A DNA stretch of 64,000 nucleotides from Spizellomyces punctatus DAOM BR117 (lineage: Eukaryota), in assembly GCA_000182565.2 (NCBI GenBank), contig KQ257456.1, one strand, 5' to 3'. Positions 13,627 to 25,585 of the stretch are shown piece by piece; position 1 is the first letter of the stretch, and each line of letters opens with the position of its first letter. The notes below the pieces were generated by a model. It was not told the DNA's origin. It was given only the letters and a program-made list of their open reading frames with translations, and ran no database searches. The position numbers were made by a program, and so were the translations under genes.

Positions 13627-15012
13627 ATGGATCCAAACGGGCAATCCCCAGCAGTTCCAAGGGGCACTACGGCGAACCGGGAAGCAAGAGCCAAAGAAAT
13701 TCTCTCCAAGGACACTAAAAAAGTACCTGAGTTTCAATATCAGAAATTGATGAATGAGACCGCTCGTAATTGGGATCTGTAAGTAGCTGTTTGTTATAGA
13801 TAACTTTAAACATTCTGTCCGCTCATTCTATCTAGATTTTATAAGGTTTGAATACACGCAGTAACGTTTGAATCCTGGAGTGGGCTATCAATGCGCTATG
13901 AACAGAGAAATACAACAAACTTCTTCAAAGATCGGCATTGGACAGATAGAGAATTTCCAGAATTGCGACCCTCCGGCGGCGAGAAATCTTCAAAGGTGAG
14001 GATTAAGCACCCTTTTGGACCCAAACACCTGTTAAAACATTCTGATTTCTCTCATCCAGAAATTGCTAGGTGTGTTTTGATATTTAATAAACGCTCGCCG
14101 ATGGCTTCAGCTCATTTGCGTCTCCTCGTGTCTCACCGAACGCCAGAACTGGGTAAGCAAGAAATCGAGCATGGAAATGTATGCTTTGGAAGTCCAGTAA
14201 CACATGCCTTTCTTGACAGGCTGTGGGGTGGGAAATTTTCTCTACCCATTACTAGACATCAATCAAGAGCTTTTCATCTACGCGTGCGACCTGTCGACGC
14301 GAGCTGTTGATTTCGTCAAGGTAGTCACGGAATACATCATAAGAATCCAGTGTCAAAGAGCTTATTGATGCATAGGCAGATCCGAAATATGCTGAAGGCC
14401 GCTGCAAAGCCTTTGTTTGCGACATTACCAAATCGCCTCTCACCGACAGCATCCCCGCCGAATCACTAGATCTGATATCTGCACTATTTGTGTTAAGTGC
14501 AGTACCTCCAGCGTGAGTGGCTCCCTCAATGCAAGCATCTTTCTGATTCAGTTATGAACAGTATTGCCTCTGTAGCAACATGTCAGCATCAATAGAAAAT
14601 CTCAAAACCGTTCTTAAACCGGGAGGAATCGTTCTCTTCAGAGATTATGGTATGCATATCTAAAGCGATTGCTTAGGGCCCTTTTTTGCTGGACTCTCAT
14701 TACCGGATTCTAGGTCTCTACGATGCTGCCCAGCTCCGCTTTAAACCTGGATCAAAGATGGACGAGAATTTTTATGTTCGACAGGACGGAACCTTCTCTT
14801 ATTTCTTCAGTACAGGTATCCTCATTTCGTCTGTTATTAGAAATATGTTAAGCACGGACTCATTCCATTGTTCAGAGCGCCTAGAAGAACTGTTCAAAGT
14901 AGCCGGGTTCGAAGTGCTTGAAAATCAATACGTCGTTAAGACGGTGGTCAATCGCAAGCGGGACTTGTCAATGGAACGTGTGTTTGTTCAGGCTAGATTT
15001 CGAAAAATGTAG
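13627..15012 (+). CDS. METTL6: tRNA m3C32 methyltransferase METTL6/Trm140 family
   Basis: Spliced product gives NWDLFYKRNTTNFFKDRHWTDREFPEL, KLLELGCGVGN, LKPGG..LFRDYG.YD and YVRQDGT; includes microexons 13836-13845, 14060-14069 and 14147-14152. Confidence 0.9.
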
Positions 15013-15307
15013 ATTCTCTAATTAGAGGGTACATAGAAGATAGAATGATAAACGTATTAAAATATTGCGCGACTATTTAAATGCAAAATATTAGAAGGCA
15101 GTTTTAATCACAAGTCTTTCAAAAAAAGCCCAATGCTACAACAAATACCACTGGCTACCTCGGCCAATTTTTAACGTCTGCAATACGTACAGCTTTCTGA
15201 AGCTTTTTCAGTCAGAGCCGAAATCGACACGCCACCGAACCGATATCACTGTTCAATCAATGTTCTGTGTCTCCAGCACTAGTTTATTAACGAAAAAAGC
15301 ACTCCAC

Positions 15308-15644
15308 GGCTGGTGGTATGGACTCCTTGGCTACCGGCTGCTCAGACCCCCCATGCCACTCGATTCAGATGGCGGATCGCCGCATGTTTCTTCATCGGGG
15401 GAAAGTAACAGAACTCCACAACCCCTCAGGTTACCACGAAGAAGCGCGGATTAGAGCAGGCATCTCATTTCGCTCCTGAGTGGACTAGCTATTTGAGCAC
15501 ACCAAGACGAGGTGTGCGGGATGCAGGTTGCGATGTTGCGCAGCTGCGCCGTAATGGGATTGAGGGTCTGGAGACTCCCCTCGTCGGACAGGAGGGGAGC
15601 CGTATCCGACGGGTAGCCGGAGGGCTTCATACTGATTTCTAGCC
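15308..15644 (+). ncRNA. Candidate structured non-coding RNA (unassigned)
   Basis: Nested long-range complementarity 15316-15335:15612-15632, 15343-15349:15564-15570 and 15386-15393:15438-15445, plus local hairpins; G-U pairs favour the + strand. Confidence 0.35.
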
Positions 15645-16691
15645 AGATCAAAGGTGAGTTCACCTAGAACAGCAGAGCTGCAGTTTACTACGAACAATGT
15701 AGGTCATAATGGACTATCACGAGAGCGAAGAGATTATAGATGGGAGGAGAGGAAAACTGGCGCACCGTGAGGGCGAGTTACTCTACTCTCCTCACGATAC
15801 ATCGCTTATTACCTTTCAAAAAAAATCTAGACAAATCTTAATGACCTGACATGAGCTACAATTTTTCTTGTATTCTGTTAGCGGTAGATTGAGCCTTGCA
15901 CACTTTCGATAGAATATTTGAAATGTCATTCTGAGACATCGTGCAGGGGAAATTGTGCGCAAATATCTGGAGAGTCTTGACATACTGTGCTGGGTACCAA
16001 CATTGGGAAGATCCAATTCGATCCTACACTGCCAATGCTGGTATGCCCCAAGCTTATATCTCGTTGAACTCCAATCATCTCTAATATTTTGTTTTATCTG
16101 GATGTCACATATGTCGTGATGCAAAGAAGTACTCTTCGCAAATTGCGCAGCATAGCGTTCTTTGTGGGAATCATTACGTAAGCAATTAGCAAAGAAATCT
16201 TCTATCACTACAACACGCCCATCTCGTGCGCAGTAAACACACGCGTGCCCTGGGGGTTATAAAATGGCCCCCTCCAGCCGATTCCCCCCTTCTCCATCTT
16301 GCCTTTGCTCGGTCTTCAGACCATCTCAACAGCATGACCAACGCGAGCTTACAAGCAGCTCTCATCCGTCTGAGAACCTGCCTTCTCAGCGGAATCGGCC
16401 AAGGCGTCACGACAGGTGCGCTAGGTTGGTACAGCGACAGCCTACATCTGCTACCGACATTCTCTGTTCCTTACCCTTTCGGTTCGGCAGTCTGTTCGGG
16501 TGACAAACAGAGCAGGCATATATGCCACAAAGCGTTTCCTCTCAGTGAATGAGGCCAAGATGTAAACGCAAGGTACTTACGCATCGCCTTTGGACATGCG
16601 CACTTACTCATCTATTGCGCTCGACAGGCTGTAAACGCGAAAAGGAAAGCAAGTGCTCCTATTACCGAAAAGAAATTCACTTCACTTTCTC

Positions 16692-16845
16692 TACAGATTC
16701 GGCCAAGAATGCAGGGAGGCAATCAGCCAGTCTGGCGCACGTACTTCAAGCCCTTTACGGATTCGGCCAAGACTGCAAGGCGGCGTTTAGCCAGCTTGTC
16801 CACGCACTTCCTAGTGCGTTCTCTACGGATTTGGTCAAGGAGGAA
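16692..16845 (+). repeat. About 64-bp degenerate tandem repeat x2.5 in a decayed ORF (LY(G/R)FGQ units)
   Basis: TAC(A/G)GATT(C/T)GG(C/T)CAAG recurs at about 16692, 16756 and 16824. Confidence 0.55.
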
Positions 16846-16945
16846 AGATGGTCTCACAATGACGTACACGTAATACTCTAACGTTTCTGGCTGACAGATA
16901 TTCTCACATCGCCATGTAAGCGGATGCAGTCAAGCGATTACGATT

Positions 16946-17215
16946 GTTGAGGTGAGGGACGATAGTGGCATCGGCTACCGTTCATGCGCTAGGACCGGGT
17001 CGTTCAAATGCTGCCGAGCCTCCCCCTCCATTGCTGGGGCGTGCGCGTGGGCTCGGCGGGCCGTTGAGGTGAGTGAAGATGGTGGCATCGGCTAAAATTC
17101 ATGCGCTAGGACCGTCCAATGCTGCCGAGCCTCCCGCTCCATTGCTGGGGCGTGCGCGTGGGCTCGGCAGATTGTTGAGGTGAGGGAAGATGATGGGGCG
17201 TGCGCGTGGGCTCAG
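16946..17215. repeat. About 110-bp tandem repeat x2.5
   Basis: GTTGAGGTGAG recurs at 16946, 17063 and 17174; GGGGCGTGCGCGTGGGCTC occurs three times. Confidence 0.85.
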
Positions 17216-17236
17216 CGGCCGATGCGCGGATATCAG

Positions 17237-17562
17237 GGTTAAGCGCCGATTCGGGACCGCCGACAAAAGGGTGCTTAAGCGTTGCTCGGCCCCATTGGCG
17301 AGGCTGCAGCGCTCTAAAGTCGAGTTGCCCGCCTCGGCGCATCTCGTAGGTAAGTGGCCCCCTCGGTCTCCCACGGCAAGCATTGCATATGCGCAGGCTC
17401 CTTGAAGCGTTGCTGAGTGCTTCATTGCTGAGGCATGCACGTATTCATGGTTAAGCGCCGATTCGGGGCCACCGACAAAAGAGTCTTTGAGCCTTGCTGG
17501 CCTTGCCCATTGACGAGGCTGCAGTGTTTCAAGGTTGAGTGGCCCGCTTCGGCATCCCGTAG
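17237..17562. repeat. Direct repeat, two ~112-bp copies about 211 bp apart
   Basis: GGTTAAGCGCCGATTCGGG..CCGACAAAAG..CCCATTG.CGAGGCTGCAG at about 17237 and 17449. Confidence 0.85.
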
Positions 17563-18256
17563 CTGTTGCAATTCTTGTATGTGTTGGGTACTTGAACGTT
17601 ACCAGATCCTCCATTTGGATTGACTTGGCCCGAATCGTCCTTTCGATGTTGTGGACGGAGATCCACAGATTTTTCGAGATACATGACGTCGTTTAAGATT
17701 TCACTAGGAAGATCCGCTCAAGAGATGTTGGCGTTAGAGATCTGGGACGCGATGACGTCGATCACGATCTCGCAAAAAAGATGGACAGAAGATAGACACA
17801 TTGTCGGAGACATCCCGTACCCACTCCTAGGGAGGGTCTCGTATACCTGCACCCTTTTCATACCGCAGGGGTTGCGCAGATACATCTCGGAGGCTCGGAG
17901 GGGCATCCCCTGTTCATACCGCCAGTACCGTCATCATGTGCTCGATCGCATAAGCGTTACCGAACCATGAGGTGCGTCATAGGGCAGGTACTCTTGACGC
18001 GTTGGGTCCTCCACCACACGCGTACGCGTTCAAGGGGTCAACTGAACCCTACCGAGGTCCGCGCCTGGCGCCCGATCATTCAGTTGGGTGTGATCTTCAG
18101 ATTTGGTTCTCCAGCTACCGTCATGAGCGACCCTGGTTCAATCAATTCTGGATGGCTGCAATAATTTCTGGGCGTTCCTGGGCGGTCGTTGCCAGGGTAC
18201 GCCTAATGTCGGATCAGGGTGATGTGCCAAAGTTACACGCTATAAGGTTTGCTTGT

Positions 18257-18293
<37 letters not shown>

Positions 18294-18550
18294 CACGCGT
18301 CCAAGATTCCACGCGCCTACCTTAAACACCTTAAATTGGAATACGCGTGAATTTGAGCATCGAGGGCTCTTGGACAGCGCGTTGAAGTTGCCGACACACA
18401 GTATTTAGAGATGAATAAGATCAGTGAGTGATGGTTTACATCTGTAAATAAATGTTCAAAAAATTGTTGCAACGGAATCTCGCTGTTTTGCTCTGTTGCC
18501 TCTCGCGTCTATTTCAACTGCGCCCAGTTTTGTGCATGGCTCTAAGAGTA

Positions 18551-20183
18551 TCAGCTGTCTCCCCCCTTCCACCGCGCAACTAGCGCCAGATTCTCCAAGC
18601 TCTTGTCTTTACCAATATAATACACGAGGTCCGCCTCGAATCCCAATCTTCTCAAATATAATAATCGGCCATGATCGAATATGCGTTTGCACTGAAAACC
18701 GATTTTCTCTCTTTCTGAGAACGACAGGCCTGACCAATGTTCACCGTCCTTTTGCAAATCTACGGCATCGACCGCCTCAATCGTGTGTTGATCTGCCTCT
18801 TCGTCATCCTCTTCTTCTGTCTGGCTCTTCTCCCCATTTGCGACACCTTTAAGAGCACTCTCCTCCTCAGCAGCCCTCCGTTGTTCCCGACTTCCACAAA
18901 CAGCCCACGTACTCATCACGCACATGAACCGAAATTCCTCTTCGTTGACCCCAATCTCATCCAAATACTCATGATCAACGTACATGCCGTATTTACAAAT
19001 CTGGTGACAACAAAGTGCAATGACGACTCCTTGAATGTTGCCACCGTTCTTTACGTAATGTCCGATGCACCGGAGAGTGATGTCAGTTGCGGATCCGCAA
19101 AGATGTTTAGAGACTGCTACGCTCTTTTCTGATCGGATGCGACCATATTGCGTTAGATCGAGATCTTTTATATCCATGGAGAGCCGATCAACCCATGTTG
19201 TCGGGTCGAGTTTGATGTTTGCGTCAAACTGATGATACTCCTGGTTAGCACCGTGTTTTCCCTCTAGAGTAGTTGGACAGCACGGTACCTTTTGCCGGAA
19301 GTTGCGACGATCCACCAAAACATATCTGGAAGGGTCACCGACGGCGACGTGTATCCAATTTGCGAGTTCGCCTTTTCCGCATCCGAATTCAATGTATACG
19401 TTACTCTGCTGGAGGAGTCCCAAACGATCCAAGTGGCCAAGCAGCGATGATTGTTGTGTGGCATGTTTTCCACTGTGTGATATATCACTGCGCAAGTGAG
19501 AATGTGGGTCGTGCCCGACGGCAATGAGATTCTATAGTCGCAGCACTTACAGTCTACTGGCCATTGCGGGATGTGATAAGATGAACGTATCAAAGTCATT
19601 CTTTCCCTCTGGTAACACCTTGGCATGCAACCGCCGTATTTTGTCCACTAATGCAGTAAACATGTGGGGCGGCAATTCTCTTAGGCGGTCTTTACTAGTC
19701 ATTCCATCCGCATCATCGGATGCGAGCGTAGGTGGGAAACGAGGAACATTGATATCGTCAACGTGAAATGGGGGACAGGGTTTGGGGCGGCTGTTGCACT
19801 TTTTGAGATGCTTTTCCACATCTTTTGCTGAAATGTTGCTAACAGACGGGTTTGCTTTGACGTCCTTTTAAACAAATCGTGTGGGTAGGAAACGTACTGT
19901 TTGGGATCATAAGGGCATGGAATGCGATCACCAGGCTCTCCCTCCTCCAGAACCGAGTGTTGCCCACAATAGGTCTTCCCTGGCTTCACCCCCAGATGGC
20001 AGTATCTCCTTTTCCGCTTGACCTGAACAAACAAACAAGACGTAGTCAAATGACAAGCGCCGTCCCCACAAGTGTTCACTGTCAAACGGCCGTTCTCTCA
20101 CTTACCCAATAATGACATTGGTTATCTCTTGCTGGGGGGATGACTTCCTCTGCTTCTTCCTCTTGCCTCTTCCTCTTCGCCAT
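18551..20183 (-). CDS. TRM13: tRNA:m4X 2'-O-methyltransferase Trm13 (multi-exon)
   Basis: CCCH finger (C..WVKRKRRYC..YCGQH), RIPCPYDP..HLKKC finger, EFGCGKG, SKHLCGSATD and IALCCH motifs. Confidence 0.92.
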
Positions 20184-21258
20184 AAACCCCGTTCCACTGT
20201 GATCGATGCAGTGTGTTAATTTTGGGCCCTTTCTCACTTGAGGGTGTCACTTCAGTTACGCCTGGATGCAATGCATGTTTCAAATCATTCCAATGAATGA
20301 AACCGCCTTCAGAGTTTACGTAAGCCATCCATCTGCTCGAAGCTTCGTTCAACCCGCACGTGTCGTTGTGTGATGTTGGCCAAGGGAAGGAAGGGCTTGA
20401 AGGGACAAATAGGCCACACATTGGCAAGATGCCAGTTTCCAGGACAAGAACACTGGAGCCTAGTCATCCTTGTAAGTCTGGCTGTTCGAGGTCCCCTTTT
20501 GGAGGGGAAAAGCCTTTGCCGTGCTCCTTTGCCCATGTCGCACCTGAAAGCATCAAGCAGGAGCCCGTACAAGAAATCCGTGGCGCCAAGAAAAAAGAAC
20601 ACCTGAGCAAAATGCCCTGTTCTTCCTCCACCCGTCCTTCAAATACCTTTTTTTTTTTGTTTCGTCCGAACGCCCATCACGATCTCGTCACACTCTGGTG
20701 TGATATCTCACACCCCCATTTTCCTACTTACTTTATTTGAGTGACGGAAATCCCCCTTTGGCTTGACGTCGTGTCGCGTTCGTCATACAAATGTGATATG
20801 CCCTTTCAGATCCCAGTGCGATGACATATGGCGATATACCCAACAAATAAACGTATTGAAAATCAAGTTTCTGGTAGCCGCCGGGGTATGAATTACCCCC
20901 AAGATCCCCCGTGGTGATCGGTCGCCTTTTGAGTTTTGTGTGATTCTCTCGAGCACAGGATACTCCTGTCATCCCACTTTAATTTTGAATGACAGGGACC
21001 AGAAGCCCTGAGCGAAAGAGATTTCCTTTCGGGATCTGGTGTGTGTGTGGTGGGGGGGGGGGGGGGGGAGGCTCCGAGTTTTATAACATAGTTCCATTGT
21101 TGGAGAATGATCTCACATGGGCTTCATCGTTTAGACCACGGAGAAAACACGGCCTTTCAGAATTCAAAAAAATGGTGGCGGCTTGAAACACCCGACCCAA
21201 TTGGGGGGCTCGGCCGGGCCCCCGTTCCTTTCCCATAAAAGGTGGGGGGGGGGGGGGG

Positions 21259-21455
21259 NNNNNNNNNNNNNNNNNNNNNNNNNNNNNNNNNNNNNNNNNN
21301 NNNNNNNNNNNNNNNNNNNNNNNNNNNNNNNNNNNNNNNNNNNNNNNNNNNNNNNNNNNNNNNNNNNNNNNNNNNNNNNNNNNNNNNNNNNNNNNNNNNN
21401 NNNNNNNNNNNNNNNNNNNNNNNNNNNNNNNNNNNNNNNNNNNNNNNNNNNNNNN
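21259..21455. other. Assembly gap (N run)
   Basis: Run of n bases. Confidence 1.
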
Positions 21456-22418
21456 TTCTTCCCCCACAGTTCCGCCAAGAGTACAGCACAGGTCTAGACG
21501 ATCTTGTGCTGTGGTGGTTCCGGACACATCTTCTCGGCTGTACGTCGGCGAGACAGGAAGGAAGTCGCCGTCAAGTTGATTCCAAAAGCTTGCATCCCAG
21601 ACAATCAATGGGTGCACGACGACGTGCTGGGACTTGTACCGAAAGAGGTATGTGTTCATGGCGTCCTGCCCGCAAGCTGTGGGAGAAAATTGCTGACAGT
21701 CACCGTGACATAGGTCCATGTTCTACGAACCATTGACCATGCTTCCGTCATTTGCTTTATCGATTTCTTCCAAGATGACCGAGCAGTTCTCATCGTTATG
21801 GAACTTTTTGGATCATCATGGCGATGTTCAGCAATTCGACCCACCGAACACAACCCTTTCCCCTCCGCTATCCGACCAGTCAGACGACGTGCAATGGATC
21901 TCTTTGAGCTTCTCGAAGTGAAGCCACTGACGGAAGACGACGCCCACACCATCTTTCTTCAAATCATTACAGCTGTCGACGCCCTTTTCACAAATTACCA
22001 TCTTATCCACGGGGACATTAAAGACGAAAACATACTCATCGACTGGTCAGGCACCCTGCCCATTGCAAAGCTCATCGACTTTGGCGGCGCGTTGCAAAAC
22101 GTTGACACAAATACAAGATGCACGGAATCCGACTTTCACGGCACGCTCGAATTTGCCCCACCAGAGATCGTACTTGGCAAAGGATACGACCCTGAAAAGG
22201 CAGAAGCATGGAGCCTAGGCGTGCTTTTGTACGGAATGGTCAACAGGGGTTCTGGGCCATTTGCGACACCGCATCAAACCGCCTTTGGCGGTTATCAGCT
22301 ACCTAAATGCTCAGACGCTTGCCAAGAGCTCATCGGGAGGATGTTGGTCAAAGACCAGAGGTACAGAGCTGGATTCAAGGAAATATTAGAACATCCTTGG
22401 GTAGTCGGAAAACGCTGA
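21456..22418 (+). CDS. Ser/Thr protein kinase, PAS-kinase/PIM-like catalytic domain (5' end lost in gap)
   Basis: VAVKLI, WVHDDVLGLVPKE, MDLFE, HGDIKDENIL, DFG, GTLEFAPPE and WSLGVLLY motifs; intron at about 21648-21712. Confidence 0.85.
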
Positions 22419-23584
22419 AAATTGGCAGGACCCAAGTTGTGTTCCTGGGTAGAGCTAATCTATTGCACTGTCGTCTGTATTCTGTATATATATAGTATTT
22501 ATCCGAGGATGATTCCCCAAATGACAATCAAAAGATGCTCTTTACACACAGTGTTCAGTTGCGCTAAAACGATCCTTGTTGAGCTCTGTCCACAGCCAAG
22601 ATAGGGTGGCACAGTTGTGTAAGCCCACTACAGTTGGGGAGTTTGTTGGTTCGAGGTTGGGACTCGACGACGACGACGAGTTGCCTCATCCACGACATCC
22701 CGTCAGTTTTCTACATCTGCAATGCTGTTATCCGGCACTAGAACAAAAGTCAAAATCTCTTTGTGGTCCATCCTTTTTAAATCCACTTGCAAGCTCTGCA
22801 AATCGTCCCAAAAGCCATGATCATCCCTACAGCACAGCAAGCACACAAAACTTTAAAAAAAACTTATATAAATAGCACCCAACGAACCCAAAAACATTTG
22901 CTTGATTGGCGTGACAGACTGATGCTATTTTGAGAACGTGACCATATCCCCAATCCTCGCATAACCCCATCGTTCGGTTAGAATGAGCCACTGTCCTCAA
23001 TTCCAAACCTCCCAATGCATCCAAACAAAAAAAAAAAAAGAATAATTGTGTGAATTGGGAAACAAAACACTTTTATATCACACTGGTTGCAAAAAAAGAA
23101 AGCCGCGTTTCATCTTGCTTTCCATCTTGCCAATTGCAATGAAAACTGTCACACCTTCACACTTGCACACTGGCACACTCTCTCTTGCGGGCGGCAACAA
23201 GGGGAGAAAGGAAAAGTGGAAACTTTAGATGGTCTCTGTCTTTCTTGACTTGAGAAAAGGACGGGCGTGATGCATTTAGAAACAGACTCTTTGAAGTAGA
23301 GTTTCTTCTTCCATTTGGCCATATTTCTGTTCCTAGTGGTCAGCTCACCCCGACGCCTCCCCTCCACGGCCGTCGTTTTCCCTTCTTCCAGTCGTGAAGG
23401 AAGTTGAGCGTTTCCCAACAGTCTCCCAGCTTCTCTTCCAATTTATTTGACAGCTGGCACCGTTGCCCCGCTCTTGTGCCAAAGCTTACTACATCCCCTC
23501 GTTTGTTGTCCACACATTAGCACAGCACTTTGTTGCACAGTCGATCATCGTGTTCTTTCAGAAAGCGATAGGGAAACGTCTGAA

Positions 23585-24879
23585 ATGTCAGGAACACTTC
23601 TCCCTTCTGCCAACCTTTCTACGGCCTGTGTAGTGGGCTTCAAAGCCATTTCATTTACTGTGGGTCTCAATGCAACGGATAATGAAGCGATCGATTTCTG
23701 TCGAACGCAGATATCCGGATTTGCTGCCGGTGTTGCCCAGCAGGCCGCTACCTCATTCGGTGGGCCCGGCGTCGTTATCGGTGCCAGTCTGCCGTGGATC
23801 TTTGTTGGGCTCATCATTGCTATAATGCGCCTGTTCCGAATTGTAAATGCGAGGAGTTTGTTCCTGTTTATCGCAACTCTGGGAAACATGGCCTTTGCCT
23901 CCGCCATCGTCTATGCTTTTAAGGGTCTAGATGCAAACTATCTCGTGTCGGATGTCGTTGGATTGAGTGGATTCATTATTCTTTTGGTATGTGACCAAAA
24001 GTTTATTTCACTGTTTGGTAGTTGATACTTATCTCGGCAACCGTGCATAGACCTTTTTGGCCATGGCAGGAATCACTCGGTTTGGCCAAGTCATCACACG
24101 GACCAAACGCCGAAAGCTTTTCCAGAGAGGTCTTTGCACATTTGTGCTGCTCTACGCTGGATTACTGGGCTACAGGGCCGGAAAGGAAATTATCGAGGCT
24201 CCGTCTTATCCCACGACGTTTACACCACTATTCACGGGACTCTGCTTCGTTCCGTTGGTCATTTACATTCTCGGTGGTCTGTTCTGCTTCTCCTGGAACC
24301 TTCCTCGACACGCTCTGACTCTCCCTGGTGGAAATGGCCGAATTGAAGTCCTCCGCACCCTACGAATTGTCAATGATGTGATGATGGCGCTAGTGATCGC
24401 TCTGTGTGTGAGCGAATTGGGATGCTTCTTCCCCTTGAGAAGTAAGTAATGACACGCGCTCATGATCTTTCAAGTTGAACGCAAGCTCATTTGGAACTTT
24501 TTTCATTTTGTTAGCCTCATCGTACAATAATTCTGTAGCCTGCCTACACATCTCCATCGTCCTCTTCATTGAAAACATCTTTGAAACCGTCTCCAACGCT
24601 ATGCGTGGCAAAGGCGTCTTCTCCGCCAACACATCCCAGCATACCGAATCTAGCGAGCTATCCGCCATCAACCGAGTACGCAACGGAAACAACCCCACGG
24701 GGTCGTCCTCCTCAAGCAGCGGCCGCTACATGGGTCCATACAAATCCGACAACGTTGCTCCTGCATACACTGACGGACGGAATTATCCCACTGATACGTG
24801 GAAAAGCACTCAAAATTCGCCATACGGTACACCATATGGAACCAATTCCTCGCACAATGCCGGGTCAAGACAGTACTGA
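23585..24879 (+). CDS. Orphan seven-transmembrane protein (GPCR-like topology)
   Basis: Three exons (introns about 23987-24050 and 24407-24474) join into about 7 hydrophobic helices with an N-glycosylation-site N-terminus and a Ser/Tyr-rich tail. Confidence 0.7.
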
Positions 24880-25585
24880 GTATATCGTATGCATCTCACA
24901 ATATAGTATGTATTCAGGACGTTTGGGACAAGTAGGGGCGGGTACTCTACGTGTACAGTAATAGAGATGTCCAATCTGTGTCTAGACCTCTAGCCCTCTT
25001 TAAATAGTGAGGCCCTATTTCTTAAAATTGTTTAATGAGATGATTACTCTGACTCCTTATAAGCTTTTGGTTGCAATCCTCCATGTTCTGCTATAACGTA
25101 GACCACTTTCAAGAATATGACGAAAGCGATCGTGGAACACGATGAGCAGATCCACCGTACGAAGCCGTTTACAAAAGCCTTGGAGTATTAGATGCTCGTC
25201 ATGCGGATGCTCCAGATTGGTTGTGAAATAATCCAACCCCGAGGACAGTTGGAACAAAATGAACTCAGCAAGACAGAACAATGAAGCTCCTGATGGGCGC
25301 ATTTCGAATCATGTAGAAAACTAATACTGGTTGCGTCGTAGCAGAGACATGTAAAAGTACTGGGCACCGGGCGCGCGGTAATTAACCGTCATCGAAACAC
25401 TAGCTACTACGCTAAAGCTGATACCACCCTATGTCTGAGACTTGGCGCTCTTCCCTATGAACATGGATGCCTAGTCCAAAAGCACAACAATAGCCTATTG
25501 TCCCGATTTCCTCGAGCCAATTTCCTTTCATTTTATACCGCAATTCTCAAGCGTATCTCTTGGTCCACTAGAACCATCGTTTAAA

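Noticed and set aside
15385..15400. Hammerhead-like CCGATGAAGAAAC on the minus strand
   Set aside because: The core is CCGATGA rather than CTGATGA and there is no stem II.
20730..21510. G-run-rich sequence before the gap, and an apparent frameshift plus odd Gly-loop (LCCGGSG) at the kinase 5' end
   Set aside because: Both flank an assembly gap and probably reflect low-quality bases, so I do not call a pseudogene or G-quadruplex.
25398..25410. CACTAGCTACTAC shared with the ghost 1 scaffold
   Set aside because: An isolated 13-mer with no other scaffold or TIR similarity around it.
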